Part shown: piece after piece, positions 8,513 to 18,375 of the stretch
How the letters are laid out: every line of letters starts with the position of its first letter
How positions within the stretch are numbered: the first letter of the stretch is position 1
Source: an uncultured delta proteobacterium
Lineage (GTDB): Bacteria > Myxococcota_A > UBA9160 > SMWR01
Assembly: GCA_963832165.1 (NCBI GenBank)
Contig: CAWHTE010000004.1
Location: 256,001-320,000 of the forward strand
DNA: 64,000 nucleotides
Direction of reading: 5' to 3'
Position numbers and translations under genes: made by a program
Notes under the pieces: model-generated
What the model saw: only the letters and a program-made list of their open reading frames with translations
Told to the model about the DNA's origin: nothing
Database searches by the model: none

Positions 8513-10603
8513 TCACCGCGCGGGTCGAATTGCGGGGCTCTCCATGAGGCTCTTGAGCGACGAGCCCTCGGCGATCGTCAGGAACGGCGTGGTCGCGGCC
8601 AAGGCCCGCGCGGCGTCGGCGTCCAGCGTGCGCGCCTCGCGGATCGTCACGACGAGAAAGCATGAAAGACTGTCGCTCGTGGGGCAGGGCCCGAGCGGCT
8701 GCGCGACCGACGCGGCTTCGTCGAGATGTCCCTGTTGCAAGAGAGCCCACGCGAGCCGCCGCCGCACGCTCACCCCCTGCGGTTCCTCGCGCAGCAGCTT
8801 GCGATCGATCGCGATCGATCGCTCGTAGCGCCCCAGCACCGCCGACATCGCAGCGACCAGGTCGCGGACCTCCGCACTCGCGCGCTGGGTGAGGGCGGCT
8901 TGCGCCGCGACCGCGAACCCGTCCGGTATCACGCCATGTCGAACCGCCCAGTCTGGCGCGAGTCGGATCACCGCGTCGACATCGAAGCCGCGCTCGGCGT
9001 CGAACGGCACACCCTGCTGTGCGTAGTAGCGCGCGAGGCGATCGATATTGGCGCGGTTGCGATCGCTCACGCGCAGGTAGAGCGCGCTCGTGAAATTGCG
9101 GAAGATCGGAATCCAGCCCGGTGTGTTCTCGAGATGCGCGGTGGTCGTGCCTCCAGCGGCCGCGGTCACTCGCGGCTCGGGAATCCGGATGCCCATGAAC
9201 AGGTCGATCTCCAGCCGGTCGAGCAGGGCCGTGAAGCTCTCGCCGGGCCGGAGACCCTTTCTCAGCGCGATCGCATGGAGCGCGTCGAGCGTCTCGCTCG
9301 TCACGTTGAGCGAGCCGTTCGCAATCGAGCGGATGTCGGGCGAGAGCCAGTAGCCGGCGAACCCGCCGATGAAGTAGTCGTTGTAGAGACGGCCGTGTAC
9401 GCCGCTGTCCGCGAGCAGCCAGATCGCGTGTGCATAATGCTTCGCTGCCGCATACGGTTGTTGGTAATGGCTCCAGCGGACCATTGCGCCCCGTGTGATC
9501 CTGGGCGACTCGCCGAGCTTCACGAACCCGGCCGCGAGCAGACACGCGGCAGCGGCGGCCCATCGCGTGCGGCGCACGGCGCGCTCGGGCGCGCGCGCGA
9601 TGTCCGCGAACAGAAGCAGCGGGAAGATTCCGAGCCAGAGAAATCTCACCGCCGAGAACATGACGATCATTGCGACCAGCGAGATCGCGAGCTTCGCCGG
9701 ATCGAGATTCTTCCGCGCGCGCGCGAGCCACAGGACGATCAGGCACGCGAGTCCGAGCGCGAGTCCCCAGGCGAGGAGCCAGCCCATCATCGAGGGCTGC
9801 GGCCCGACGGGCAGCTCGAACAAACGGAGCGGCGCCCAATCGTCCCGGACGCGCTCGAGCGACGGCGTGCTCCTTCCGGCCGCGAAGTAGACGAGGTGCG
9901 CGCGGATGCCGGCGGGATTGGCGAGCGTTGCGAACCCCGACAGAGCCATCGCACACGCGAGACGCCCGGCGCGCGCGCGATCGCCGCGCCGCTGTTCGGG
10001 CGGTCGCAGCGGTGCTGCGAGCAGGAGTCCCACCGCCGCGGCGCCGATCAGCAGGAGCGCGATCGGGAAGACCGCGTGCAGGTTTGCCCAGAGCGCGAAC
10101 AGCGCGGCCACCGCAGCGATTCGCCGCCAGGACGGCGGACGTTCGTCGGCGAGCAGCCAGCGGTAGCACAGCAGAGTCGCCGCGATCGAGACGAGATCGG
10201 GGCGCAGCTGGAGCAGGCGAAACGCGGAGAGCGATGCGAACGCGAGGGTGCCGACGCTCGCGATCGCGCGCGAGCCGCTCGCCGAGCGCAGCTCCGACCA
10301 CACGAGAGCCAGGATCGCGGCCGCGATCGCGACGTGCAGCGCGCGCAGCGCGTGGAAACCGAACGCGTGTGCCGTGCCCGCGAGCGCGATGTCGGCGAGC
10401 CACGATGCGGTGGCGGGCGGTCCGGCAGGCGCGAACAGCAGCGGATCCTCGCCGAGCCACGGGCCGTTCGCGCCGAACGCGCGCCCGAGCGCGAGGTGCC
10501 ACCAGAGGTCGTCGGTGACGATCGGCTGTCCGACCGCGAGCAACAGCAGGAGACAGGTCGCCGCCGCGCACGCGTGCGTGAGCGCCGAATGCTCCCGATC
10601 CAT
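8513..10603 (-). CDS. Polytopic membrane protein, GT-C-like (paralog 2)
   Basis: TDDLWWHLALG, QLRPDL, LWANLHAVF, GRLYNDYFIGGFAGYWL and TTAHLENTPGWIPIFRN align end to end with 1714-3834. Confidence 0.65.
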   Translation of the reverse strand: MDREHSALTHACAAATCLLLLLAVGQPIVTDDLWWHLALGRAFGANGPWLGEDPLLFAPAGPPATASWLADIALAGTAHAFGFHALRALHVAIAAAILALVWSELRSASGSRAIASVGTLAFASLSAFRLLQLRPDLVSIAATLLCYRWLLADERPPSWRRIAAVAALFALWANLHAVFPIALLLIGAAAVGLLLAAPLRPPEQRRGDRARAGRLACAMALSGFATLANPAGIRAHLVYFAAGRSTPSLERVRDDWAPLRLFELPVGPQPSMMGWLLAWGLALGLACLIVLWLARARKNLDPAKLAISLVAMIVMFSAVRFLWLGIFPLLLFADIARAPERAVRRTRWAAAAACLLAAGFVKLGESPRITRGAMVRWSHYQQPYAAAKHYAHAIWLLADSGVHGRLYNDYFIGGFAGYWLSPDIRSIANGSLNVTSETLDALHAIALRKGLRPGESFTALLDRLEIDLFMGIRIPEPRVTAAAGGTTTAHLENTPGWIPIFRNFTSALYLRVSDRNRANIDRLARYYAQQGVPFDAERGFDVDAVIRLAPDWAVRHGVIPDGFAVAAQAALTQRASAEVRDLVAAMSAVLGRYERSIAIDRKLLREEPQGVSVRRRLAWALLQQGHLDEAASVAQPLGPCPTSDSLSCFLVVTIREARTLDADAARALAATTPFLTIAEGSSLKSLMESPAIRPAR

Positions 10604-10631
10604 GGTCAGGCGGACAGGTTCGGCGCCGGCG

Positions 10632-11699
10632 TCAATCCGTACCCGGCACCCAGCGGATTCGGAATCCGACGCCGGTGCGCCACACCCAGCGCTCGGGGCT
10701 GGCGGTCCACGTGGCGGACTCGCCGAACTGGTTGCTCTCCGTCATCACGATGTCGAAATCGCCGAACAGGTAGTAGCCGCGGCCCATCAGGTAGACGCTC
10801 GACACGAAGGGTCCGAGCCGAGCCGCATCGGCCTCGAGCTCGAGACCGGGTCCCACGCCGTCATACCACTTCTCCTCGAACGAGGTCAGCGAGATCAGGC
10901 GGAATCGACTCAGGTCGGCGACGCCGCTCGGCACTTCCAGCTTCACTGCGCGGTGGACGACCCCGATGAATTCGACTTCCTGTCTCAGATACTCGATCGA
11001 GGGCTTGATCCGGATCCTGCGGTCCATGACGTCGAGCGAGAATGCGATCCCGCCGCCCGCCGACAGCACGAACGGCTTGAGCTGCATGCGCGTGCGGCTG
11101 CCCTGGCCCCGGATCTCGAGCTCCTCGAGGTTGTTCGCGAACTCACTGATGTCCCGCGGCAATTCGAACTCACCTGGAGACTCCGTGCCGGCGAGATTGC
11201 GCTCGTACGAGAACGCGTAGGCGCCGTCGACGTGCGCGAACAGGCGCGGGCGCAGAAGCGCTTCGCCGAGCAGGCTCGGCGTCATGAGCTCGAGCGACCC
11301 GCCGACCATCGGCGAAATCGACGTGTCGTTGCCCGTGTCGTTCGGCAGCACCTGCGTGAAGCCCGGGCGCGCGGTTGCGCATAGCACGCCGTCGCGGCTG
11401 GGGAAGAAGGTTCCCCTTCCCCGCAGACAGCCGGTTCCGGGCGCGACTGCGTCCTGCTCCGTGTCGAACGGATCGAGCGGTGGCCCGAGCACGGGACTCG
11501 TCGTCACCGAACCCTCGGCCTTCTGACCGAGAAAGTCGAAATACACCCCGAACGCAGGCACCCAGCGCTGCGACTCGTCGCGCGGCTCCGCTGCGCGCGC
11601 GGCTCCTCCCATCGCGACGAGCAATGCGATCGACAGCCAGAGATGAGGGACGAGAGGACGGCCGACTCGCTGCGCGGGTAGGCTGGGTCGCGGGCGCAT
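10632..11699 (-). CDS. Exported protein, probable outer-membrane beta-barrel
   Basis: ATG 11699 chosen instead of the ORF-track start. Signal peptide ending AARA; alternating amphipathic strands; C-terminal WRTGVGFRIRW. Confidence 0.6.
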   Translation of the reverse strand: MRPRPSLPAQRVGRPLVPHLWLSIALLVAMGGAARAAEPRDESQRWVPAFGVYFDFLGQKAEGSVTTSPVLGPPLDPFDTEQDAVAPGTGCLRGRGTFFPSRDGVLCATARPGFTQVLPNDTGNDTSISPMVGGSLELMTPSLLGEALLRPRLFAHVDGAYAFSYERNLAGTESPGEFELPRDISEFANNLEELEIRGQGSRTRMQLKPFVLSAGGGIAFSLDVMDRRIRIKPSIEYLRQEVEFIGVVHRAVKLEVPSGVADLSRFRLISLTSFEEKWYDGVGPGLELEADAARLGPFVSSVYLMGRGYYLFGDFDIVMTESNQFGESATWTASPERWVWRTGVGFRIRWVPGTD

Positions 11700-11865
11700 C
11701 GGCAGAGATTGGACCAGCCGCGCCCCGAGAAGCAACAGGATTTCCGCGCGCAGCGGTCGCCTATGCCCGCGCGCGAGCGCGCGATTCGGGTTGACAGGCG
11801 CTATTCGCATCGCAGATGATTCGACCTCCCGGGTCCGTTTGAGATTCGCGAGGCGCGCCGTCCTG

Positions 11866-14613
11866 ATGCGATTCCCTCTGACTCGCCGGCACCGTCGTTC
11901 CCGGCTGCGGGTGAGCTGCATGCTCGGCGTTCTGGTCGCGATCGCGAGCGCGATCGGACTCGATGCTGCGCGCGCGGGCGAGACGGAGGAAGTGTTGGTC
12001 GCGCAGGCGGCGGGCGAGGGCGCCGCCGCAGAGGCCCCTCGCGAAGAGCCGGTCCAGAACGAGCCGGAGGCGGAGGAGCCCGAGACCGGGACGGTGCCCC
12101 CCGGCGTCGAGGTGTTGCAGGTGAAGGGTCGCGGCGCAGGCGCGATCGAGGCCGAGGTTCCTTCGTCGCTCACGCTATTCGACGCTGCAACGATCGAGGC
12201 GCTCGGTGCCCAGGACATCTCGGACCTGTCGCGCGTCACGCCGAACGTGAACATCGTCCAGCCCGGATCGACGCAGGCGACGTTCTTCGTGCGCGGCGTC
12301 GGGCTCTCGGACTTCAGCTCCAATGCCGCGGGCGCCGTGACGATCTTCCAGGACGACGTCTCGATCAACGCGCCCGCGATCCAGACCGGCCAGCTCTACG
12401 ACGTCGAGGGCATCGAGGTGATGCGCGGGCCGCAGGGCACCGGCCCGTTCCGCAACGCGTCGGCGGGCGCGATCCGAGTGCGCTCGCGGCGTCCGACCGG
12501 CAACTACAGCGCGCAGCTTCGCACGAGCATCGGCCGCTACGACACGAAGGGCGACAAGGGCGCGCGCGACGCGATGATCCAGGACTACGAGGGCGCGGTG
12601 GAGATGCCGATCGTCGCGGACCTGCTCTCGTCGCGCTTCGCGTTCAGACTCCGCGAAGCAGACCCCTACAAGACGAATCGCTGCGCGAGAGCCCTGCCGC
12701 TGGATCAGCGTCTTCCGTTTCCGGGCTTCCGCGATCCCTACACCCCGGACGACCCCCGGGTCCGACAGTGCGGAGAAGGGGATGGAGGCGGGAACTTCCC
12801 GCGAGACCCGATTACCGGCCAACAAGGGAAGTCGATTATTCCCGTTGGACTCCCCTGGGCCGTGAACGACGAGCACAACTGGGCCGCACGCGGAACCTTG
12901 CGTCTCCAGCCGCGCGACAGCGACGTAGATTTCTTCCTGAATGCCCACGGAAGTCGCCTCGATCAGGACTCCACGCTGGGGCAGGCGATCGGAACGGACC
13001 CGCTGCCCGGAAGTCAAGGGGCTCGCTACGGCGGAAGCGACGTCACCGGCTACATCGACCGGGACGTCACGGAGGAGTTCGAGGAGCTGTGCGGACGCGT
13101 CGGAAGTACCTGTACCAACACACTCGCCGGAATCACGATGGTCAAACGGCTCGCCGGCGACCGGCCGCTCGACAAGCGGCCCTATCAAGGCGACTACAAC
13201 CGCGTCGGTCGGACGACGCGCGATGCCTACGGCGGCTTCGTGTCGGGCGAGGGGAACGTCGCCGACGACATCAAGCTATCGGCGCTGACCTCGTACGACC
13301 AATACGAGCGCTTCCAGGAGAACGACACCGACTTCACGCCGGGTCGCCTGTTCGAGCTCGTCCAGGACGACGAGGCCTGGCAGATGTACCACCAGCTGCA
13401 GCTCGAAGGCGAGCTCGGCATCGAGCCGATCCAATGGAACCTGGGCGTCTACTACCTCGAGGAGCACCTCGACAACGACGGGACGCTCTTCGTGACCGGC
13501 GATCTCAACGACGGAACGCCCAAGAACACGCGCCGTATCTACAGCCAGAACCTCGAGAGCTTCGGCGCCTGGGGCGGCTTCGTCTGGGACTTTGCCGACG
13601 ATTTCACGCTCGAGGGCGGCGTGCGTTACAACTATGAGAAGAAGAAATTCGATTTCACGCGCATCGAACGCGTGATCCAGGCCTTGGACGACACCAACTC
13701 CCAGGATGAGACCTGGCAGACGCCGACGGGCCAGATCGTCCTGAGCTATCACATCGACGAGGAGAAGTCGATCTACGCGCGATACGCGCGCGGATTCAAG
13801 GCCGGGCACTTCAACGCATTGGCCTCGGGGAACCTCGCCGATCCGCCCGCGGACGAGGAGTACAACGATTCCTGGGAAACCGGGCTGCGCGGGACCTGGT
13901 TCAACCGGCGCCTGGCGTTGGCGACCTCGTTCTTCTACTACCGCTATTCGAACTATCAGGTGTTCCTGTTCATCGACAGCGCCGACGCCTCCGAGCCTCC
14001 GGTCCTGGCGATCTTGAACGCGAAGCAGGCCGAGAATTTCGGCATCGAGGTGGAGGGGAGCGTGCAGCCTCTCGAGGGCTGGGCGCCGTCCCTGCTGTCC
14101 GGTCTGCGGTTCTCCGGGAACTTCAGCTGGCTACACGGCGAATACATCGACTTCGCTTCTGAGCGCCGGCTCACGACGGGCCCGCTCGGCATCAGCACCG
14201 TGCCGATCGACTACTCCGGACAGTCGCTCCAGAACGCGCCCGAGTACAAGGCGAGCGCCACGGCGGAGTGGACCTTCGATATCGGACGTTTCGGCTACAT
14301 CATCCCGCGCTACGACGTCAACTGGAGCGACGACGTGTTCTTCGACCCGAACGAAGGGCGCGGCTCGGTCGATCCCACGGGTGGCCCCACGCTGCCCGAA
14401 TACGGGATCGGCCAGAAGCAATACTTCCTGCACAACGTGCGGCTCGCCTACCGCACGCCGACCGGAAACGTCGAATTGGCGGGCTGGATCCGCAACGTCG
14501 AAGATCAGGTGTACAAGAACTTCGCGTTCGACGCGTCGGGATTCACGAGAGTCGTGATCAACTTCGCGGGCGAGCCGCGCACGTACGGCTTCGACGTCTC
14601 GGTGACGTTCTGA
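11866..14613 (+). CDS. TonB-dependent receptor
   Basis: Plug motifs FFVRGVG and IEVMRGPQGT; barrel motifs YARYARGFKAG and WIRNVEDQVY; C-terminal PRTYGFDVSVTF. Start uncertain (11791, 11866 or 11920). Confidence 0.95.
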   Translation: MRFPLTRRHRRSRLRVSCMLGVLVAIASAIGLDAARAGETEEVLVAQAAGEGAAAEAPREEPVQNEPEAEEPETGTVPPGVEVLQVKGRGAGAIEAEVPSSLTLFDAATIEALGAQDISDLSRVTPNVNIVQPGSTQATFFVRGVGLSDFSSNAAGAVTIFQDDVSINAPAIQTGQLYDVEGIEVMRGPQGTGPFRNASAGAIRVRSRRPTGNYSAQLRTSIGRYDTKGDKGARDAMIQDYEGAVEMPIVADLLSSRFAFRLREADPYKTNRCARALPLDQRLPFPGFRDPYTPDDPRVRQCGEGDGGGNFPRDPITGQQGKSIIPVGLPWAVNDEHNWAARGTLRLQPRDSDVDFFLNAHGSRLDQDSTLGQAIGTDPLPGSQGARYGGSDVTGYIDRDVTEEFEELCGRVGSTCTNTLAGITMVKRLAGDRPLDKRPYQGDYNRVGRTTRDAYGGFVSGEGNVADDIKLSALTSYDQYERFQENDTDFTPGRLFELVQDDEAWQMYHQLQLEGELGIEPIQWNLGVYYLEEHLDNDGTLFVTGDLNDGTPKNTRRIYSQNLESFGAWGGFVWDFADDFTLEGGVRYNYEKKKFDFTRIERVIQALDDTNSQDETWQTPTGQIVLSYHIDEEKSIYARYARGFKAGHFNALASGNLADPPADEEYNDSWETGLRGTWFNRRLALATSFFYYRYSNYQVFLFIDSADASEPPVLAILNAKQAENFGIEVEGSVQPLEGWAPSLLSGLRFSGNFSWLHGEYIDFASERRLTTGPLGISTVPIDYSGQSLQNAPEYKASATAEWTFDIGRFGYIIPRYDVNWSDDVFFDPNEGRGSVDPTGGPTLPEYGIGQKQYFLHNVRLAYRTPTGNVELAGWIRNVEDQVYKNFAFDASGFTRVVINFAGEPRTYGFDVSVTF

Positions 14614-14616
14614 ACG

Positions 14617-16044
14617 TCAGCGCCCCGGCAGCGCATAGCCCAGGGCGCGGAGCTGGTTGAGCTGCAACTCGTCGAGCTCGAGGCGCCGTGGTTCCTGCTG
14701 CCAGGACGGCGCACTGGCGAGGTACTTCTTCGCGTGCTCGCGCATACGCTCGGCGACTTCCGGGTCGTCTTTGATCCGATTCTCCATCTCCTTGGCATCC
14801 CGGCTCGCGTCGAACAGCTCCTCGCGCGTCTTGCCCTTCGGATTCGTGAACTGCACGAAGCGGAAGCTGCCCTCGCTCACCGAGACGTTCGGCGACTTCG
14901 TGACGACACGCTGACCCCAGGTCTGATCGAGATGGGCGATCGCGACCGCGCCATCCTCGGGGCCCTGCTCGCCGCGCACGGCCGCGAGGATCTCGGGCAC
15001 GCGTGAACGGCCATCCACGTCCGCCAGGGGCGGCAGCCCGAGCAGGTCGAGCACGGTCGGCCACAGATCGACGTTGGCCGTGCGCTGCGTCACGACGGCG
15101 GGCTTCGCGAGGCGGAATGGGAAGCCGATCACGAGCGGCACCTCGGTGACCTCTGGATACACGTTGCGCGCATGGCCTTCACTGCCGCGCTCGCCGAACG
15201 CCTCCCCGTGATCGGATGTGATGATCAGCAGCGTGTGGTCGAGGTATCCGCCGGAGTAGAGCCTGGCAAACAGCTCCTCGAGCACCTGGTTCACGTGCAG
15301 GACCGCATTGTCGTAGACGTCGCCGTAGGCCGTGCCGAACTGCGCGCTCTCGGGCGTGTAGATGTACTCGTGCACGTCCATCAGGTGCAGATACAGGAAC
15401 CAGCGCTCGTGTCCGTAGACCCGCAGGAACTCGCCCGCGGACTCCACGACGTCCGCGTCGGTTCCGCCGAAGACCGCGGTGGGATTCTCGCGGCGCAGCT
15501 CGGGCGGAGCGCTTCGGACGCTCGGCCGCGTGTAGACGTCGAAGCCCTGGCTGAATCCGAAGTAGCCCTCCACCCAGCCATTGCGCCAGATGCCGGCCGT
15601 CCGGAAGCCCGCGTCGCGGAACACTTCCGCGGCGGTCTTCGCCTCGGCGGGAATCACATCGTCGAAGCGCGTGACTCCGGAACGCTGCGGATAGAGGCCG
15701 GTCCACATCGACGCCATCGAGGACTTCGTCCACGACGACTGGCTGAGCTGGCGGCCGAAGCGGAGTCCCTGCGCTGCGATCAGATCGAAGAACGGGCTGG
15801 TCGGTCGGGTATATCCGTAGGTGCGCAGGCGCCCGGCCCGCATCGTATCGATCAGGACGAAGAGCACGTTGACGTCCTTGCGCTGCGCGAGCGCGAGGAC
15901 GTCCTCGGCGGTGCCGGGTGGGCGCGGATCCACCAATCGCTTCGACTGCGCGCTCCAGTGCACGAGCCCGTAGGCCGAGAGCACGACCGCCGCGATCACC
16001 CAGGGCCAGGGACCTCGCCAGAAGCGCTTGTCGAGCCAATTCAC
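14617..16044 (-). CDS. Membrane-anchored sulfatase-like / alkaline-phosphatase superfamily protein
   Basis: N-terminal TM; NVLFVLIDTMRA, SSWTKSSMASMWTGLYP, HLMDVH, SDHGEAFGE and C-terminal LRALGY. Start placed at GTG 16044. Confidence 0.88.
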   Translation of the reverse strand: MNWLDKRFWRGPWPWVIAAVVLSAYGLVHWSAQSKRLVDPRPPGTAEDVLALAQRKDVNVLFVLIDTMRAGRLRTYGYTRPTSPFFDLIAAQGLRFGRQLSQSSWTKSSMASMWTGLYPQRSGVTRFDDVIPAEAKTAAEVFRDAGFRTAGIWRNGWVEGYFGFSQGFDVYTRPSVRSAPPELRRENPTAVFGGTDADVVESAGEFLRVYGHERWFLYLHLMDVHEYIYTPESAQFGTAYGDVYDNAVLHVNQVLEELFARLYSGGYLDHTLLIITSDHGEAFGERGSEGHARNVYPEVTEVPLVIGFPFRLAKPAVVTQRTANVDLWPTVLDLLGLPPLADVDGRSRVPEILAAVRGEQGPEDGAVAIAHLDQTWGQRVVTKSPNVSVSEGSFRFVQFTNPKGKTREELFDASRDAKEMENRIKDDPEVAERMREHAKKYLASAPSWQQEPRRLELDELQLNQLRALGYALPGR

Positions 16045-16106
16045 GGCGCCGACTCTAGCGGCCAGTCCTGCTCCCGGCACTCGATCGAGGGGTATACTCC
16101 CGCGCC

Positions 16107-18343
16107 GTGCTCGGAATCGCCCCGCGAAATACTTGGCTGAACGTTCTGTGCAGCGCGATGTTGATATTCGGCGCGATCGGCTGCGGCCCATCCGATCCGC
16201 TCGAGAAGATCCGGGTGCAGCAGGACGTCAAGAATGATTTCCAGGGCTCGCTCGAACCGCTGCGCGAGTTGCTCGAAGAGCGACCGGACGATCCCGAAGT
16301 GCAGTATCGGTACGGGAGCGCACTGATCGCCGTCGGCGAATCCGGATTCGCCGTGTGGCCGCTCCGGAAGGCGATCGAATCACCCGAGTGGCTCGAGAAA
16401 GCCGGATTGCCCCTCGCGCTCACGCTGATGTCTTCGGGTACGTACGACGACGCGTTCGACCTCTGCAGTCGAATCCTCGAACAGAAGCCCGATTCCATCC
16501 CCGCGCTCTTGCTCCGTGCGCACACGCGCGTGTTGAGCCGCCGCAATTACGAGCAGGCACTGGCCGACGCTGATCGTGTCCTCGAGCTGGATCCGGAGAA
16601 CACCGATGCGCTGGGGCCGCGGGCGACGGCACTGCTGGGCCTCGATCGCATCGACGAAGCCGCCGTCGTGATCGAGCAGCTCGACGCGCTGTACCGAGAC
16701 GACAGCCTCGGCCTTCACGGATCACCGAGCCATTGCATGGCGCGCGCGACGTTTGCGAAGGAGAAGGGGGATCAGGCGCTGGCCGAAGAGCGCTACGACG
16801 CGTGTCTCGAACAGTTCCCCACCGAGGCGCTCGTGGTGAGCGGTGTCATGGATTTCTTCGATGAGATCGATCGCCGCGAGCGATCCGACGAGATCCTGAA
16901 GCAGGCGCTGGAGCGAGCGCCGCACAACTACTCGATGCGATCGGCACTCGTGCTCCGGCTCGACGCCGCGGGGAAGAGCGACGAGGCCAAGGCCGTGCTG
17001 CGCGCGGGCACCGAGCTGCCCTCGGCCGCGGATGCCGCCGAAGCATGGGCAGGTCTCGGATCGTTCAGTCTGGATCACGGCGAGACCGAAGAAGCGCTCG
17101 CGGCGTTCGAGAAGGCGAGAGAGCTCGACGGCTCGCGCAGTCCCCAGCTGATGCTCGCGTACGCGGACGCGCTGATCGCCGCGGCGCGATACGACGAGGC
17201 GCTCGCGATCGCCGACAAGATGCCGGTACCCGCGCATCAGTCGGTGGTGCGAGCGCGGATCGAGCTCGAGCGCGGAAACCCGGCCACCGCGCTGAAGCTC
17301 TTCGACGAAGGGCTGCGCATGTGGCCCAACAGCGCGGTGGCTCGCTACTACGCGGCAATCGCCGCCGAAGGGGTGGGGGACTTCAAGCGCGCCGTCGACG
17401 ATTACCGATACGCGATGCGGATCGACATCACGGCCACCGACGCCTATCTCCGACTAGCGCGCCTCGAGGCGGCTAGCGGCCACTACGATGCGGCTCAGAT
17501 GGCGTTGGCATTCGAGGCGGGCGAACGTCCCGAGGAGCGGGCCGCCGCCCTCTTGCAGGTTCGACTGCTGGGGCGACTCGGCCGCGAACGGCGGATGTCG
17601 CGCTATCTGCGCGAGCAGCTGACTAGCCGTGATTCCTGGGCCCCTGCGATCGCGGCGCTCGCAGACGGGGTGCGCGAGCGCAGTGGGTCGAAGGCAGCGC
17701 TCGCGGTGATGCGCCGGGCGAAGCCGCTCGAGCTCGACGAACCCGAGTACGTCGACGTGGTCGCCGCGATGGTCGAAGACCTGGCGGCGACTGGCAGCGC
17801 CAGAGAGGGGTCGCGCTGATCGAACGCGGCCTTCGCAAGCATCCGGAGGCCGCTGAGTTCCATGCGGTGCACGGTCGCGCTCTGTTCTTGAGTGGCGCGC
17901 CGCCGGCGTCGGCGCGCGCGGCATTCGGACGGGCACTCGCCAGCAATGGCGAGTCCGCGCGGGCATTGCTGGGTCTCGCGCGTCTCGAGGTCGACAGCGG
18001 CTCGAAAGAAGCGGCGGTGCCGCTCTACGAGCGCGCGATCTCAGCCGACGCGAATGACGGCGCAGCGGTCCGCGAGCTGGCATCGCTCTTGGTGGCGCTG
18101 GATCGGCCCCGCGACGCCGAGCCGCGTTTGGAAGCTCTGCTGCGCGACCGGCCCTACGATGCGGACGCAGCGCGAGCCCTGGCGGAGCTGCGGGTTGCGC
18201 GTGGCGTCACCGACGACCGCACCGTGGAGCTCGCGCGGCGCGCGGTCACGTTCGGCGGCGGCGCCGACGCGGCCGCATTCCTCGAGCGGATCAACGCTCG
18301 CGTCGGAGAGACGCCACCGACTGCCGCGCGCCAGGAGAGTTGA
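16107..18343 (+). CDS. TPR-repeat lipoprotein, split by a 1-nt frameshift at about 17807-17810
   Basis: Lipobox-like GAIGC; many TPR units (e.g. ALADADRVLELDPEN). Adding one G to the G4 run joins 16107-17819 to the frame VALIERGLRKHPEAAEFHAVHGRAL that ends at 18343. Confidence 0.8.
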
Positions 18344-18375
18344 CCCGGGCGTCGTTGGCACGGAACGTCGCGCCA

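Noticed and set aside
11791..11820. Sigma-70 promoter (TTGACA-N18-GATGAT) or Fur box before the TonB receptor
   Set aside because: The -35 is perfect, but the -10 is weak with long spacing and there is no convincing Fur palindrome. Not enough to call.
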